Notes under the pieces: model-generated
What the model saw: the letters and a program-made list of their open reading frames with translations, nothing else
Databases searched by the model: none
Told to the model about the DNA's origin: nothing
In this document: positions 47,558-57,931 of the stretch, piece after piece
Layout: every line of letters begins with the position of its first letter
How positions within the stretch are numbered: position 1 is the stretch's first letter
Assembly: GCA_049303575.1 (NCBI GenBank)
Contig: JBAQNH010000002.1
Coordinates: forward strand, 316,541-380,540
DNA length: 64,000 nucleotides
From: Microgenomates group bacterium
GTDB taxonomy: Bacteria; Patescibacteriota; Microgenomatia; UBA1400; MFAQ01
Reading direction: 5' to 3'
Position numbers and translations under genes: made by a program

Positions 47558-48145
47558 ATGAATGAAGAATATCTTTCTGCGGTTAAATCTCAACTAGACG
47601 AAAAAATATTTGTCCACTCACTTGCACTCCAGGCCTGTATGGGCGGACTTTATGACTATTTTTCTTCCCAAAATATTCTCGCCCAAGACGAACCTTCTAA
47701 AGAAGACTGGCTTCTCGCTGGTCTGATCCACGATATCGACTACTCGGAGCCCTTCAAAGAAGACCATCCCAACAAAACCAGAGAAGCTCTTAAAAAATAC
47801 AATCTGGAAGTATCCGACACAATTTTGGATATCGTCAAAGCCCATGCTCCGGAAAAAACCGGCGTTAAACCTACCTCTAAAGCCCAATGGTCTCTTTTCT
47901 GTGCCGACTCTCTCACCGGTCTCATCATGGCCACCTCTTATGTGTATCCCAGTCGTAAAATCGCCGACGTCAAGCCAAGTTCTGTTATTAAAAGATTTCT
48001 CAAAGAACCTCGCTTTGCCGCCGGTACCAGACGGGACGAAGTTATTCTTTGTGAAAAAGAAGAAGGCTTAAATATCAAACTGGATACTCTTGTTGAAATC
48101 TGCCTTACCTCGATGCAAAAAGTTTCCGATAGTCTTGGATTATAA
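47558..48145 (+). CDS. HD-domain phosphohydrolase
   Basis: The H...HD motif is VHSLALQ...AGLIHDIDY. Confidence 0.5.
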   Translation: MNEEYLSAVKSQLDEKIFVHSLALQACMGGLYDYFSSQNILAQDEPSKEDWLLAGLIHDIDYSEPFKEDHPNKTREALKKYNLEVSDTILDIVKAHAPEKTGVKPTSKAQWSLFCADSLTGLIMATSYVYPSRKIADVKPSSVIKRFLKEPRFAAGTRRDEVILCEKEEGLNIKLDTLVEICLTSMQKVSDSLGL

Positions 48146-48163
48146 AAAGGATATAATCAAACC

Positions 48164-49438
48164 ATGCTTGATATAGCCTACATTCGCGAAAACCCAGACA
48201 AAGTAAAACAGGGGATAACAAATAAAAATTTTAATCCCGACATTGTCGACAAAGTTCTTGCCTCCGACACCAAACGTCGTGACCTCATCGGTCAGATAGA
48301 GGTAATCAGAGCCGAAAGAAATAAACTAAACGACGAATTGAAATCCGAAAGAACTCCCGAACTCATGACCAAATCGGGACAGCTCAAAGAAAAACTCCAG
48401 ACACTAGAACCACAGCTTCGTGAGGTAGAAGAAGAATATGCCTCCCTTATGCTCCAAATTCCCGGTGTTCCCCTGGATGAAGTCCCCGTCGGCAAAGACA
48501 GTACCGGTAATGAAGTTATCCGCACTTGGGGCGAAGTTCCTAAATTAAATTTCACCCCCAAAACCCATATCGAACTCGGTGAATCTCTCGACCTCATCGA
48601 TATCGAACGCGGTTCCAAGGTTGCCGGATTCAGAGGTTACTATCTTAAAAATGAAGCCGTTATGCTTCAATTTGCCCTGATGCTGTACACTCTCCAGAAA
48701 TTCATCTCCAAAGGCTACACCCCCGTCACCCCTCCCGTTATCTTGAAAAAGCGCTCCTTTGTAAATACCGGTCACTTCCCTTGGGGTCAAAAAGAAACCT
48801 ACAAATTTGAATCCGTTGAAGGAGAAGATGAAACCTATCTTGCCGGTACTGCCGAAGTTCCTCTTGTCTCTATGTACCAGGACGAAATCTTCAACGAAAA
48901 AGATCTTCCCATCCGCATGATTGGTTTTTCTCCTTGCTACCGCAAAGAGGCTGGCAGTTATGGCAAAGACACCAAAGGAGTTTACCGTGTTCATGAATTT
49001 GTCAAAACAGAACAAGTTGTCATCTGTAAAAATGATGTCGAAGAGTCCAGAAAAATTCACGAAGAGATGATGGCTCTCACCGAAGAAATTGCTCAAGAAC
49101 TAAAACTTCCGTACCGAGTCTTAAAGATGTGTACCGGTGACATGGGCGAACCTCAGGCCAAAAAATATGACCTCGAAGCTTGGATGCCGGGAAGAGGTGA
49201 CTATGGCGAACTTGCCTCCGACTCCATCATGCTCGACTTCCAATCTCGAAGAGCCAATATTCGTTACCGCGATGCAGGCAACGAAATAAAATATGTCCAC
49301 ATGTTAAACAACACAGCTTCAAACTCTCCTCGTTGGCTGGTTGCCATTCTCGAAAACTATCAACAGGCAGATGGCTCTATTAAAATTCCCGAAGTCTTAG
49401 TTCCATTTGTTGGAAAATCTGAGATTAAGCGTGGCTAA
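48164..49438 (+). CDS. serS: Seryl-tRNA synthetase
   Basis: It has an N-terminal coiled-coil arm (MLDIAYIRENPDKVKQG...) and a class II core (FRGYYLK, GTAEVPL, motif 3 GELASDS). Confidence 0.85.
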   Translation: MLDIAYIRENPDKVKQGITNKNFNPDIVDKVLASDTKRRDLIGQIEVIRAERNKLNDELKSERTPELMTKSGQLKEKLQTLEPQLREVEEEYASLMLQIPGVPLDEVPVGKDSTGNEVIRTWGEVPKLNFTPKTHIELGESLDLIDIERGSKVAGFRGYYLKNEAVMLQFALMLYTLQKFISKGYTPVTPPVILKKRSFVNTGHFPWGQKETYKFESVEGEDETYLAGTAEVPLVSMYQDEIFNEKDLPIRMIGFSPCYRKEAGSYGKDTKGVYRVHEFVKTEQVVICKNDVEESRKIHEEMMALTEEIAQELKLPYRVLKMCTGDMGEPQAKKYDLEAWMPGRGDYGELASDSIMLDFQSRRANIRYRDAGNEIKYVHMLNNTASNSPRWLVAILENYQQADGSIKIPEVLVPFVGKSEIKRG

Positions 49439-50480
49439 AAAAACTTTTTTCGTTCTTCTTTTTCTGGCGGCTATTCCCGGCATAATTTTTGCCTTACCAA
49501 AAATTCTAAAGTCCGATCTCATCTCTCCGTTTTTTCAGGGACCGGATCAAACCGAGAAAATTTCTCAAAGAGTTTCTCCACCTCCCGTTCTCGATATTTC
49601 CAAAGTCAAAACCATTTCCAGTTTGGAAAATATTCCCCGTTATCTTGTTTATAACAGCGATTCAAACAAGGTTTACTACGCCAAAGGCGCCGACATTCGT
49701 CTTTCACCGGCTTCTTTTACGAAACTTCTTTCCTCCCAGATTGCTCTCGATCTCGTTCCCAAGGAATACATGATCACGGCTACTAAGCAATCGATCGATA
49801 AAGTACCCACAATTTTAGGTCTCAAAGAAGGTGAAAAAATTTCCGTCTCTGATCTTCTCCGGGGGGCAATAGCCACCAGCGGAAACGACGCTGCCCAAAC
49901 TCTCGCCGATGGTGCCGCTAAAGCCGTCGGTATTAGTCCCGTAGAATTTGTCTATTATATGAACGCCAAAGCTCAGCTCCTTGGCCTCAAAAACTCTCAT
50001 TTCAGTAACCCCGACGGACTAGATGAACAAAATCAGTACTCAACTTTATTAGACATCGCCAAGCTAGTAAATAATGTACAAAAAAATTACCCGGAAATCA
50101 TGGAGGCAGCTCAATCAAATAATGAGGATATTCAAAAAACAGCCGACCATGGCTTCTATTACCTCCCCAACTGGAACGGTTTGTTAGGAGTCTACCCCGG
50201 TATTACCGGTTTAAAAATTGCCTATACCGAAGACGCCGGTTACTCCACCATAGTGACCGCCAAACGTGAAGGTTACTCTATGGCCGCTATCGTTTCCGGT
50301 GCCGACTCATATCTTGAACGTGATCTTGCCGCCGCCGACCTTCTCGATGCCGGTTTCTTGGCCCTCGGTTTGGAACCAATCAAAATAAACAAGAATCAAC
50401 TGAACATTCATTACAAAGAGTGGGGCGACCTAGCCAGAAAAATCCAAGCCGAGTTAAAGGCTTTGGAAGCCAATAACTGA
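49407..50480 (+). CDS. D-alanyl-D-alanine carboxypeptidase (S11 family), second paralog
   Basis: SxxK (PASFTKLLSSQIALD), SGND (IATSGNDAAQTLA) and KIAYTEDAG are present. The start overlaps the serS 3' end and is uncertain. Confidence 0.6.
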   Translation: MLENLRLSVAKKTFFVLLFLAAIPGIIFALPKILKSDLISPFFQGPDQTEKISQRVSPPPVLDISKVKTISSLENIPRYLVYNSDSNKVYYAKGADIRLSPASFTKLLSSQIALDLVPKEYMITATKQSIDKVPTILGLKEGEKISVSDLLRGAIATSGNDAAQTLADGAAKAVGISPVEFVYYMNAKAQLLGLKNSHFSNPDGLDEQNQYSTLLDIAKLVNNVQKNYPEIMEAAQSNNEDIQKTADHGFYYLPNWNGLLGVYPGITGLKIAYTEDAGYSTIVTAKREGYSMAAIVSGADSYLERDLAAADLLDAGFLALGLEPIKINKNQLNIHYKEWGDLARKIQAELKALEANN

Positions 50481-50481
50481 T

Positions 50482-51111
50482 ATGAGTTTTTTAAGTCTTT
50501 TCTTTCCCCAAAAATACACTTTCCCTGATTCAAAATACAATAAAAACATTTCCGTTCTTCGATATCTCAACTCAGACACTTTAGCTGTCGATGGTCTCAT
50601 CGAATCCGGGGATGTCATGACTCGCGTTTGGAAAAAGGGTATTACTGCTCTTCTTCCCAAAACTTTTGTACCTCAAAATGTTCTTCTTCTTGGCTTGGCC
50701 GGTGGTAGCAATGCTCATCTTGTCAATCGTTACTTCCCCAAAGCCAAAATCACCGCCGTTGAGATTGATCCTTTTATGATTGAGTTGGGAAAAAAATATT
50801 TCCGACTCGGCAAAGTAAAAAACTTGAAAATCATCATCGCCGACGCTCTCAACTACGTCAATAATCTTAAAGCCCAAGATCAATTTGATTTGGTTTTAGT
50901 TGACTGTTTTATCGGTAAAATCATCCCCAAAAAACTTGAAGATGTTCTCTTTTTTAAAAAATTAAAAGCCCACTCTCGTTTTGTTTTAATAAACCGACTT
51001 TGGTGGCACAACGACAAAATCATCACTGCCAATTTTTTCCGACTCCTATCTTCCCATTTCTTTTTTATCAAAGCCCATACCGGCTCAAACGTAGTCATTT
51101 CTCTCGTCTAA
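50482..51111 (+). CDS. Spermidine synthase-like / class I SAM methyltransferase family protein
   Basis: LLLGLAGGSNAHLV...ITAVEIDPFMIELGKKYF...IIADA is the typical PABS/MTase motif order. Confidence 0.45.
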   Translation: MSFLSLFFPQKYTFPDSKYNKNISVLRYLNSDTLAVDGLIESGDVMTRVWKKGITALLPKTFVPQNVLLLGLAGGSNAHLVNRYFPKAKITAVEIDPFMIELGKKYFRLGKVKNLKIIIADALNYVNNLKAQDQFDLVLVDCFIGKIIPKKLEDVLFFKKLKAHSRFVLINRLWWHNDKIITANFFRLLSSHFFFIKAHTGSNVVISLV

Positions 51112-51129
51112 CCAGTATAATCAAATCGT

Positions 51130-53781
51130 ATGTTCTCATTTCTTGACCCAATCCTTAACCCTAATAAAGTTGAAATCGAAAAACTCAAAAAGATAGTTGA
51201 AAATATCAACGTTCTCGAGACGGAGATTCATAAGATGAAAGATGATGAATTCCCTGCCGAGATTGCCCAGATCAAAGAAGAACTCCAACACGACAAAAAC
51301 ATCGAAGAAGTTCTTCCTAAAGTATTTGCTCTCACTCGTGAAGCGGGCATAAGAACTTTAGGCCAACGTCTTTTTGATGTTCAGTTGATGGCCGCCATTG
51401 TTTTTCACCAAGGAAAAATTGCCGAACAAAAAACTGGTGAAGGAAAAACTCTCTCCGCCGTTCCCGCCATGGTCTTAAATGCTCTTACCGGCAAAGGCGC
51501 TCATCTCGTTACCGTCAATGATTATCTCGCTCGTCGTGACGCTGGTTGGATGGGTCCGGTTTACAACTTTCTTGGTCTTACCGTCGGCTGTATTTTTTCC
51601 GGTCAGGGAGATCTCCCGGCTTCAACCTATGATCCGGAATTTTCCGACAGTACCCACGCCGACAGTCGTCTCCAAAAACTCCGCCCAATAACAAGACGCG
51701 AAGCCTATGCCTGCGACATCACCTACGGCACCAACAACGAATTTGGTTTTGATTATCTAAGAGACAACATGGCCCGCTCCTTGGAACAATTAGTTCAGCG
51801 TCCTCACCACTTTGCCATTGTCGATGAGGTCGACTCCATTCTCATCGATGAAGCCCGTACTCCGTTAATTATCTCTGCTCCGGACGCCGAAGCTACCGAT
51901 CAATATTTCCGTTTTGCCTCCCTTATCAAAACTCTCTCCGCCGATACCGACTACGAAGTTGACGAAAAACAAAGAACTGCCAATCTCACTGATCACGGCT
52001 TAAGGAAACTCGAAAAAATTCTTAATGTAGAAAACCTATACCAGCAAGACTATCAAAGTCTTCATCACCTGGAGCAGGCCCTCAAAGCTCATACTCTTTT
52101 TCAAAAAGACAAAGACTATGTCATAAAAGACGACGAAATAATAATTGTCGACGATCACACTGGTCGTTTGATGTATGGCCGCCGTTACTCCGATGGACTA
52201 CACCAAGCTATCGAAGCCAAAGAAGGTGTCAATGTTCAACAGGAAAGCCGCACCCTCGCTACTATTTCTCTTCAAAACTATTTCCGTCTTTACGAAAAGC
52301 TGGCCGGCATGACGGGAACCGCATCTACCGAAGCCGAAGAGTTCAAAAAAATCTATAATCTCGACGTCATCATTATCCCGACGAACAAACCCTGTGTTAG
52401 AGAAGACCACCCCGACACTGTTTACAAAACCCAACGCGCCAAACTTGGAGCTTTGGTTGCCGAAGTCATCGAACTTCACGCCAAGGGTCAACCTATTCTC
52501 ATTGGTACCAAGTCCATCGAACAAAACGATATTGTCACCCAATACCTCAAGAAAAAACGTATTCCTCATCAGGTTCTAAACGCTAAAAATCATGAAAACG
52601 AAGCCCAGATTATCTCCGAAGCCGGACGTCTCGGCGCCGTTACGGTCGCTACCAATATTGCTGGTCGTGGTGTCGACATCGTTCTCGGCGGAGACAAACG
52701 TGGTCGTGATGAAAAAGAATGGCAGAAAGAAGCTGACAAAGTCAGGGAAGTTGGCGGTCTCCACATCATCGGTGCCGTACGACACGAATCACGCCGTATT
52801 GATAATCAGCTAAGAGGTCGTTCTGGTCGCCAGGGAGACCCCGGTTCCAGCCGTTTCTACATCTCTCTTGAAGACGACATTATGCGTATCTTTGGTGGTG
52901 AGCAGGTAAGCCGTTTGATGGATTTTCTCAAAGTTCCCGAAGACCAACCTCTTGAAGCAGGTATGGTTACCAGAGCCATCGAAACCGCCCAGACAAAAGT
53001 CGAGTCCTTCTATTTTGACCAAAGAAAACATCTCGTTGAATACGACGATGTCATGAACAAGCAGCGTCAAATTTTTTACAAACGCCGTCTTAATCTTCTC
53101 GACGGGGGAACCAAAGTTACCTCCAAACAAATTGATCAAGGCCTCGAAAGAGAAATAGACTACCTTGCCAATATCTATGCTGCCTCGGGTATCAACAAAA
53201 CCGAAGCCGACATGATTCTCAAAGAGTTCCAGCTCATTCTTCCCATAGATCCTCACTCTGCCGACCTCATCGAAAGCAGTCTCATCGGCAAAGAAACAGA
53301 GGAAGTCAAAGAAATTCTAGGAAACGTCATTAAGGAAGCACGCAAAGCTCAAAAGGAACGTTTTGGTGATGACACTCTCGGTCAGGTTGAGCGCTTTGTT
53401 CTTCTCCAATCCTACGATGAACTCTGGATGAATCACCTCGACGCCATCGACAATCTTCGTGACGGTATTGGTCTCCGCGGTTATGCTCAAAAAGACCCCC
53501 TTGTTGAGTACAAACAAGAATCTTTTGCCATGTTTGAAAGTCTTCTGACACGTATTGACTCCACCACCTCTCATCGTATCTTCCGAGTTCAAGTTCAGAT
53601 GCCCACGGAGATGGCTCAACCCATCAAAGGTGTCGAAAAGTCCACTTCAGGAGAAAAACAAATTGCCACCAAAAAAGAAAATAAAATCGGTCGCAATGAT
53701 CCTTGCTGGTGTGGGAAACTAAAACCGGATGGTAGACCAGTAAAATTCAAAGACTGTCACTACCCCAAGCTACAATCTTAA
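51130..53781 (+). CDS. secA: Preprotein translocase ATPase SecA
   Basis: 883 aa with a DEAD-like motor (GEGKTL, DEVDSILIDEARTPLIIS) and a C-terminal zinc finger (CWCGKLKPDGRPVKFKDCH). Confidence 0.9.
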   Translation: MFSFLDPILNPNKVEIEKLKKIVENINVLETEIHKMKDDEFPAEIAQIKEELQHDKNIEEVLPKVFALTREAGIRTLGQRLFDVQLMAAIVFHQGKIAEQKTGEGKTLSAVPAMVLNALTGKGAHLVTVNDYLARRDAGWMGPVYNFLGLTVGCIFSGQGDLPASTYDPEFSDSTHADSRLQKLRPITRREAYACDITYGTNNEFGFDYLRDNMARSLEQLVQRPHHFAIVDEVDSILIDEARTPLIISAPDAEATDQYFRFASLIKTLSADTDYEVDEKQRTANLTDHGLRKLEKILNVENLYQQDYQSLHHLEQALKAHTLFQKDKDYVIKDDEIIIVDDHTGRLMYGRRYSDGLHQAIEAKEGVNVQQESRTLATISLQNYFRLYEKLAGMTGTASTEAEEFKKIYNLDVIIIPTNKPCVREDHPDTVYKTQRAKLGALVAEVIELHAKGQPILIGTKSIEQNDIVTQYLKKKRIPHQVLNAKNHENEAQIISEAGRLGAVTVATNIAGRGVDIVLGGDKRGRDEKEWQKEADKVREVGGLHIIGAVRHESRRIDNQLRGRSGRQGDPGSSRFYISLEDDIMRIFGGEQVSRLMDFLKVPEDQPLEAGMVTRAIETAQTKVESFYFDQRKHLVEYDDVMNKQRQIFYKRRLNLLDGGTKVTSKQIDQGLEREIDYLANIYAASGINKTEADMILKEFQLILPIDPHSADLIESSLIGKETEEVKEILGNVIKEARKAQKERFGDDTLGQVERFVLLQSYDELWMNHLDAIDNLRDGIGLRGYAQKDPLVEYKQESFAMFESLLTRIDSTTSHRIFRVQVQMPTEMAQPIKGVEKSTSGEKQIATKKENKIGRNDPCWCGKLKPDGRPVKFKDCHYPKLQS

Positions 53782-53805
53782 ATTCTCATAAGGTAGAATA
53801 AATTA

Positions 53806-55050
53806 ATGCCCAAAGTCATCCTCATTTCTGGCGGAAGCGACGGACTTGGAAAAGCCATCGCCAAAAAACTCGCCCCAAACAATCAAGTTGTTATTCTTTC
53901 TCACAACAAAGAAAAACTAGAAGCAACCGCTAGAGAACTCAACTGTGATTTTGTCGAAGCCGAACTGACCGACTATGAATCACTCAAGTCTGCCGTAACC
54001 CAAGTTGTTGAAAAGCACCAGACCATTGATGTTTTGATAAATAATGCCGGTATCTGGATGGAAGGAAAATTGGAAGACAACGAACCAAGCAAAATCAAAG
54101 AATTAATTGATGTCAACACTACCGGCACAATTTTTCTCACCAGAGCGGTTCTCCCCGTAATGAGGTCAAAAAAATCCGGCCAAATAATCAACATCGTTTC
54201 TCAAGACGGTCTCTGTGCCAAAAAAGACCGTTCCGTTTATCACGCTTCAAAGTGGGCCCTTACTGGTTTTACCAAGTGTCTCCAAGAAGACCTGGCCGAT
54301 GAGAACATCAAAGTTACCGGAGTCTATCCCGGCCTTCTTAAAACCAATCTTTTTGAAAAAAGTGGGGTTAAGAGAGATCTTACTGACGCCTTAGATCCGG
54401 CAGAAGTGGCATTATTTATAGAAACTGTTATAAACTTAGGTAACAGTACTTATATCCCCGAGTTCAGTATTAAAAATAAACAAACAAACACAACAAATAT
54501 GGATAACTCTTCCAATTCCACAATAGATCTCAATATCGATCCCAACATGATTGCTGCCCAAGACGACTCTCCCCAAACCACTCCTCCCAGTAATACACCG
54601 ATCACAACTCCAACTCCTCCAGTTCAAAATTCCAATGTTATCGATATTACTCCCGGCTCAACAGATACTTTTCCCAGTGCCCCTATCTCCACCCACATCG
54701 ACAACGTTCCTCTCGCCGAACCAAAAACGATGGATATTACCCCTCCCCAAGCCCCTCTTCAAACTCCCCCCATCGCCGCACCAACAAATACACCCGATGC
54801 TCTCTCTCATCTAGCTGACATTACTCCAACACCTACTCCCGAACCGACTCCTCTAGCCACACCATCTCCTTCTCTCATGCCAACTCCGGAAGAAACAATC
54901 CCCGAGACACCTTTCGCCATTCCTCCATACAATCCTACCCCAACTCCAGTTGAGTCGTCCCCGGTTGAGGCAACCCCACCAACCACTCCGCCCGTCACTC
55001 AATCAAGTCCTTTAGCTGAAGATCCCGATTTGGTCAAGCTAATCAAGTAA
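53806..55050 (+). CDS. SDR-family oxidoreductase fused to long Pro/Thr-rich low-complexity C-terminal tail
   Basis: The N-terminal 235 aa carry SGGSDGLGKA, NNAGIW and YHASKWAL (YxxxK). Residues around 240-414 are repetitive TPTPPVQ / PTPTPEPTP tracts. Confidence 0.6.
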   Translation: MPKVILISGGSDGLGKAIAKKLAPNNQVVILSHNKEKLEATARELNCDFVEAELTDYESLKSAVTQVVEKHQTIDVLINNAGIWMEGKLEDNEPSKIKELIDVNTTGTIFLTRAVLPVMRSKKSGQIINIVSQDGLCAKKDRSVYHASKWALTGFTKCLQEDLADENIKVTGVYPGLLKTNLFEKSGVKRDLTDALDPAEVALFIETVINLGNSTYIPEFSIKNKQTNTTNMDNSSNSTIDLNIDPNMIAAQDDSPQTTPPSNTPITTPTPPVQNSNVIDITPGSTDTFPSAPISTHIDNVPLAEPKTMDITPPQAPLQTPPIAAPTNTPDALSHLADITPTPTPEPTPLATPSPSLMPTPEETIPETPFAIPPYNPTPTPVESSPVEATPPTTPPVTQSSPLAEDPDLVKLIK

Positions 55051-55051
55051 T

Positions 55052-55378
55052 GTGGGTCAAGTAATCTGGACAAAACACCTCCACGAGAGAATCAAACAAA
55101 GAGGTCTTAACCCCAACTGGGTAGATATTACTGTTCGTTTCCCGGATGAGGTCCAGCCAAGTTCTACTACAGACTCAAAAAAGCACATCAAAGTTATCAA
55201 CGGATATAAAATTGTTGCTGCCATCAAACGTCAGGGAAGTGACTGGATTATCACCTCTGCTTGGTGGAATCAGATAAACGGTCATCGGGTTACTCCCAAA
55301 ACTAAAAAATCTTTTCTCGAAAAAATTATTTACAACTTTGTAGTTTACTTGGAAAAACTTCTCACCGGCAAAAAATAA
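55052..55378 (+). CDS. Hypothetical protein (108 aa)
   Basis: ORF only, abutting the SDR stop. Confidence 0.3.
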   Translation: MGQVIWTKHLHERIKQRGLNPNWVDITVRFPDEVQPSSTTDSKKHIKVINGYKIVAAIKRQGSDWIITSAWWNQINGHRVTPKTKKSFLEKIIYNFVVYLEKLLTGKK

Positions 55379-55693
55379 CTACTCGAGCGGTTTTTCAACC
55401 TTCATCAAAATCTTCTCCGTACCCACCACTATTTTTGAGTATTCTTCACAGTTCAATTTAGCGAACAAACCTTCTCTTGTTTCATTAGGGCACTCGTTTA
55501 TCAAAGCCATTCCGTAAAAAGTACCACTCATTACCAAGATAGACAGCAAAGACACTCCTACAATTCTGTATCGAAAATAAACATCATCCAAAACAAAGTC
55601 TTCCCAACCCACCACTAGGTGGTAAAACCACTCCGAAAAAGAGACTAAAAATATCACTGCGACCACAATCCCGACGATAACTGGCATCTGCAT
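55379..55693 (-). CDS. Hypothetical membrane protein (104 aa)
   Basis: It has two hydrophobic helices. Confidence 0.3.
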   Translation of the reverse strand: MQMPVIVGIVVAVIFLVSFSEWFYHLVVGWEDFVLDDVYFRYRIVGVSLLSILVMSGTFYGMALINECPNETREGLFAKLNCEEYSKIVVGTEKILMKVEKPLE

Positions 55694-55715
55694 ATACTCA
55701 TGTTATCATGAACTC

Positions 55716-56423
55716 ATGAACACCCAAATAGAACAAAGATTAGAGTCAGCAAACAACCTACGCGAATCAGAAAACTATGGAGAATCCGCTAAGCTTTATA
55801 CCGAATGTTTGATTGAGTTGTTAAAAACAAACGACCTTGAGGGTCTCATTCATTGTCTCTCCGGACAGAGTCTTATTTATAAAATTCAGGCTCGTCAAAA
55901 TAATCTTCCCATATATCGTCATCTGACCATTGCTTTTGCCAAAGAGAGTTTTGCTATTGCCGAAAAAAACCAAGACCTTGATGGTCGTGTTCTATCGATT
56001 GCCTACAGCTCTTATGCCGATGCTTTATTAATGGACAAAAACTTTGCCGAATCTCTACCTGTATTTGAAAAATCACTTTCTGTTTCCACCGCCGCTATTC
56101 CGGAGAAGGGGAGACTCAAAGCACATATCGGCACCGTTAAATATGTACTTGGCGACAAAGAAGAAGGCATCATTTTAATTAAGGAAGCTCTTGTAGATAT
56201 TCGTACCGGAGATCTCTCCACCTATCCAATTCGTGTTTGGGAAACCGGCGCTCTCAATGGTCTTGCTAAAATTATGGCCAAAGAAGGTAATCTTGATGAA
56301 GCCAAAAAGTTAGCCAATGAATCTCTTCGAATTGCCACCGAACACAATTTATCCATCAGAAAAAGAGAAGTTGAAGAAATCATCGCAAAACTCTCTTCCG
56401 GAAAAACAGATTTTTCTCTATAA
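55716..56423 (+). CDS. Hypothetical TPR-like helical protein
   Basis: Helical repeat character only. Confidence 0.35.
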   Translation: MNTQIEQRLESANNLRESENYGESAKLYTECLIELLKTNDLEGLIHCLSGQSLIYKIQARQNNLPIYRHLTIAFAKESFAIAEKNQDLDGRVLSIAYSSYADALLMDKNFAESLPVFEKSLSVSTAAIPEKGRLKAHIGTVKYVLGDKEEGIILIKEALVDIRTGDLSTYPIRVWETGALNGLAKIMAKEGNLDEAKKLANESLRIATEHNLSIRKREVEEIIAKLSSGKTDFSL

Positions 56424-56432
56424 TCTAGTCTT

Positions 56433-57098
56433 ATGAAAAAACTTCTTTTAGTTATCACCTCGGCGATACTACTTTCAGCCTGCAGTCTTACAAAAACATC
56501 CAGTAATCCCAATTACCAATTAACCGATATCAAAATCAACCCAACCAATATGGACAACACTACCCCAACTCAAGCTCCTCTCGCCGAAAACATTACCGCC
56601 GTTATCAAAACCAACAAGGGCACTATGAAAGTGGCTCTTTTTCCCAAGATAGCTCCCAACACTGTCAGAAATTTTGTTGAACTTGCTAAAGGCACCAGAA
56701 TTAACCCCGTCACTGGCAAAAAAGTTTCTGATAAACCCTTCTACGACGGCGTTATTTTTCACCGCGTCATCGAAGGCTTCATGATCCAGGGTGGTGATCC
56801 TCTTGGTTCCGGCATAGGTGGTCCCGGTTATAAATTTGCCGACGAACCCGTCACCGAAGAATACAGCAGAGGCACCATTGCCATGGCTAACTCCGGACCA
56901 AACACCAACGGCTCCCAGTTCTTTATTATGCACAAAGACTATCCTCTTCCTCCAAGCTACACCATCTTCGGTCGCATTGATCCTTCAGATGTAGAGAGTC
57001 TCAAAACCGTCGATGCTATTGCCACTACACCCGTAAACGGCTCAGACAAACCTCTAGAAGACATCACTATCCAGTCCATAGTTATCGAAGAAAAATGA
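56433..57098 (+). CDS. Cyclophilin-type peptidyl-prolyl cis-trans isomerase, lipoprotein-like N-terminus
   Basis: A lipobox-like LLSAC is followed by VIFHRVIEGFMIQGGDPLGSGIGGPGYKFADE and GSQFFI. Confidence 0.75.
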   Translation: MKKLLLVITSAILLSACSLTKTSSNPNYQLTDIKINPTNMDNTTPTQAPLAENITAVIKTNKGTMKVALFPKIAPNTVRNFVELAKGTRINPVTGKKVSDKPFYDGVIFHRVIEGFMIQGGDPLGSGIGGPGYKFADEPVTEEYSRGTIAMANSGPNTNGSQFFIMHKDYPLPPSYTIFGRIDPSDVESLKTVDAIATTPVNGSDKPLEDITIQSIVIEEK

Positions 57099-57931
57099 GA
57101 CGAATTGGCGGTCATGTTTCCATGGCCGGTAGTTTACTTAATGCCGTTTCCAAAACGATTGAAATTGGCGGTAACTGTCTGCAGATTTTTGCTGGTTCAC
57201 CTCGGCTTTGGTTCCGCAAACCATTTCCAGATGACCAAATAAAAAATTTTCTCGAAGAAACAAAAAAGTATGACTTGACTCCAACGGTTATCCACGCCCT
57301 CTATCTTGTTAACCTAGCGTCCACAAACAAGGACATTCTGGAAAAATCAATCAACTCCCTGGTTATCGATATGCAAAATGGTGCCCGCATAAAATCCGCC
57401 GGGGTCATTGTACATATTGGTTCTCACCTGGGTGCCGGTTTTGACGCGGTCAAAGATCAGCTTGTCGCCGTCATCCAAAGGATTCTTGCCAGTACTGAAA
57501 ACTGCGATTTAATTCTGGAAAATGACGCTGGTCAAAATGGCAAAATTGGCTCACCGGAAGAAATTAGCTACTTAATAAAAACTATCAGCGACAAGCGTCT
57601 CAAAATGTGTCTCGACTCTGCCCATCTTTTTGAGTCCGGGGTCGATATCAGAAAAATAGAATCGGTCGAAAAATTCTCCCAGAAACTAATTCAATTAGAT
57701 CTCGTCAATAAACTAGCTTGTCTTCATCTTAACGACTCCGCGACAGCCCTAGACTCTCATCGCGACATGCATGCCAATATTGACGAAGGGGAAATCGGCC
57801 TTGAAGGTTTAAGAAATTTAATCAACCATCCCTCCTTTAACTCTCTCCCCTTAATTTTGGAAGTTCCTGGAGAAAACAGGGCCGGATGTGACGAAAGAAA
57901 CATTACTCTGACCAAAGGTTTAATTAATTAA
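57095..57931 (+). CDS. nfo: Endonuclease IV (AP endonuclease family 2)
   Basis: It has IHALYLVNLAS, ILENDAGQ, CLDSAHLFESG and LHLNDS motifs. Confidence 0.75.
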   Translation: MRRIGGHVSMAGSLLNAVSKTIEIGGNCLQIFAGSPRLWFRKPFPDDQIKNFLEETKKYDLTPTVIHALYLVNLASTNKDILEKSINSLVIDMQNGARIKSAGVIVHIGSHLGAGFDAVKDQLVAVIQRILASTENCDLILENDAGQNGKIGSPEEISYLIKTISDKRLKMCLDSAHLFESGVDIRKIESVEKFSQKLIQLDLVNKLACLHLNDSATALDSHRDMHANIDEGEIGLEGLRNLINHPSFNSLPLILEVPGENRAGCDERNITLTKGLIN

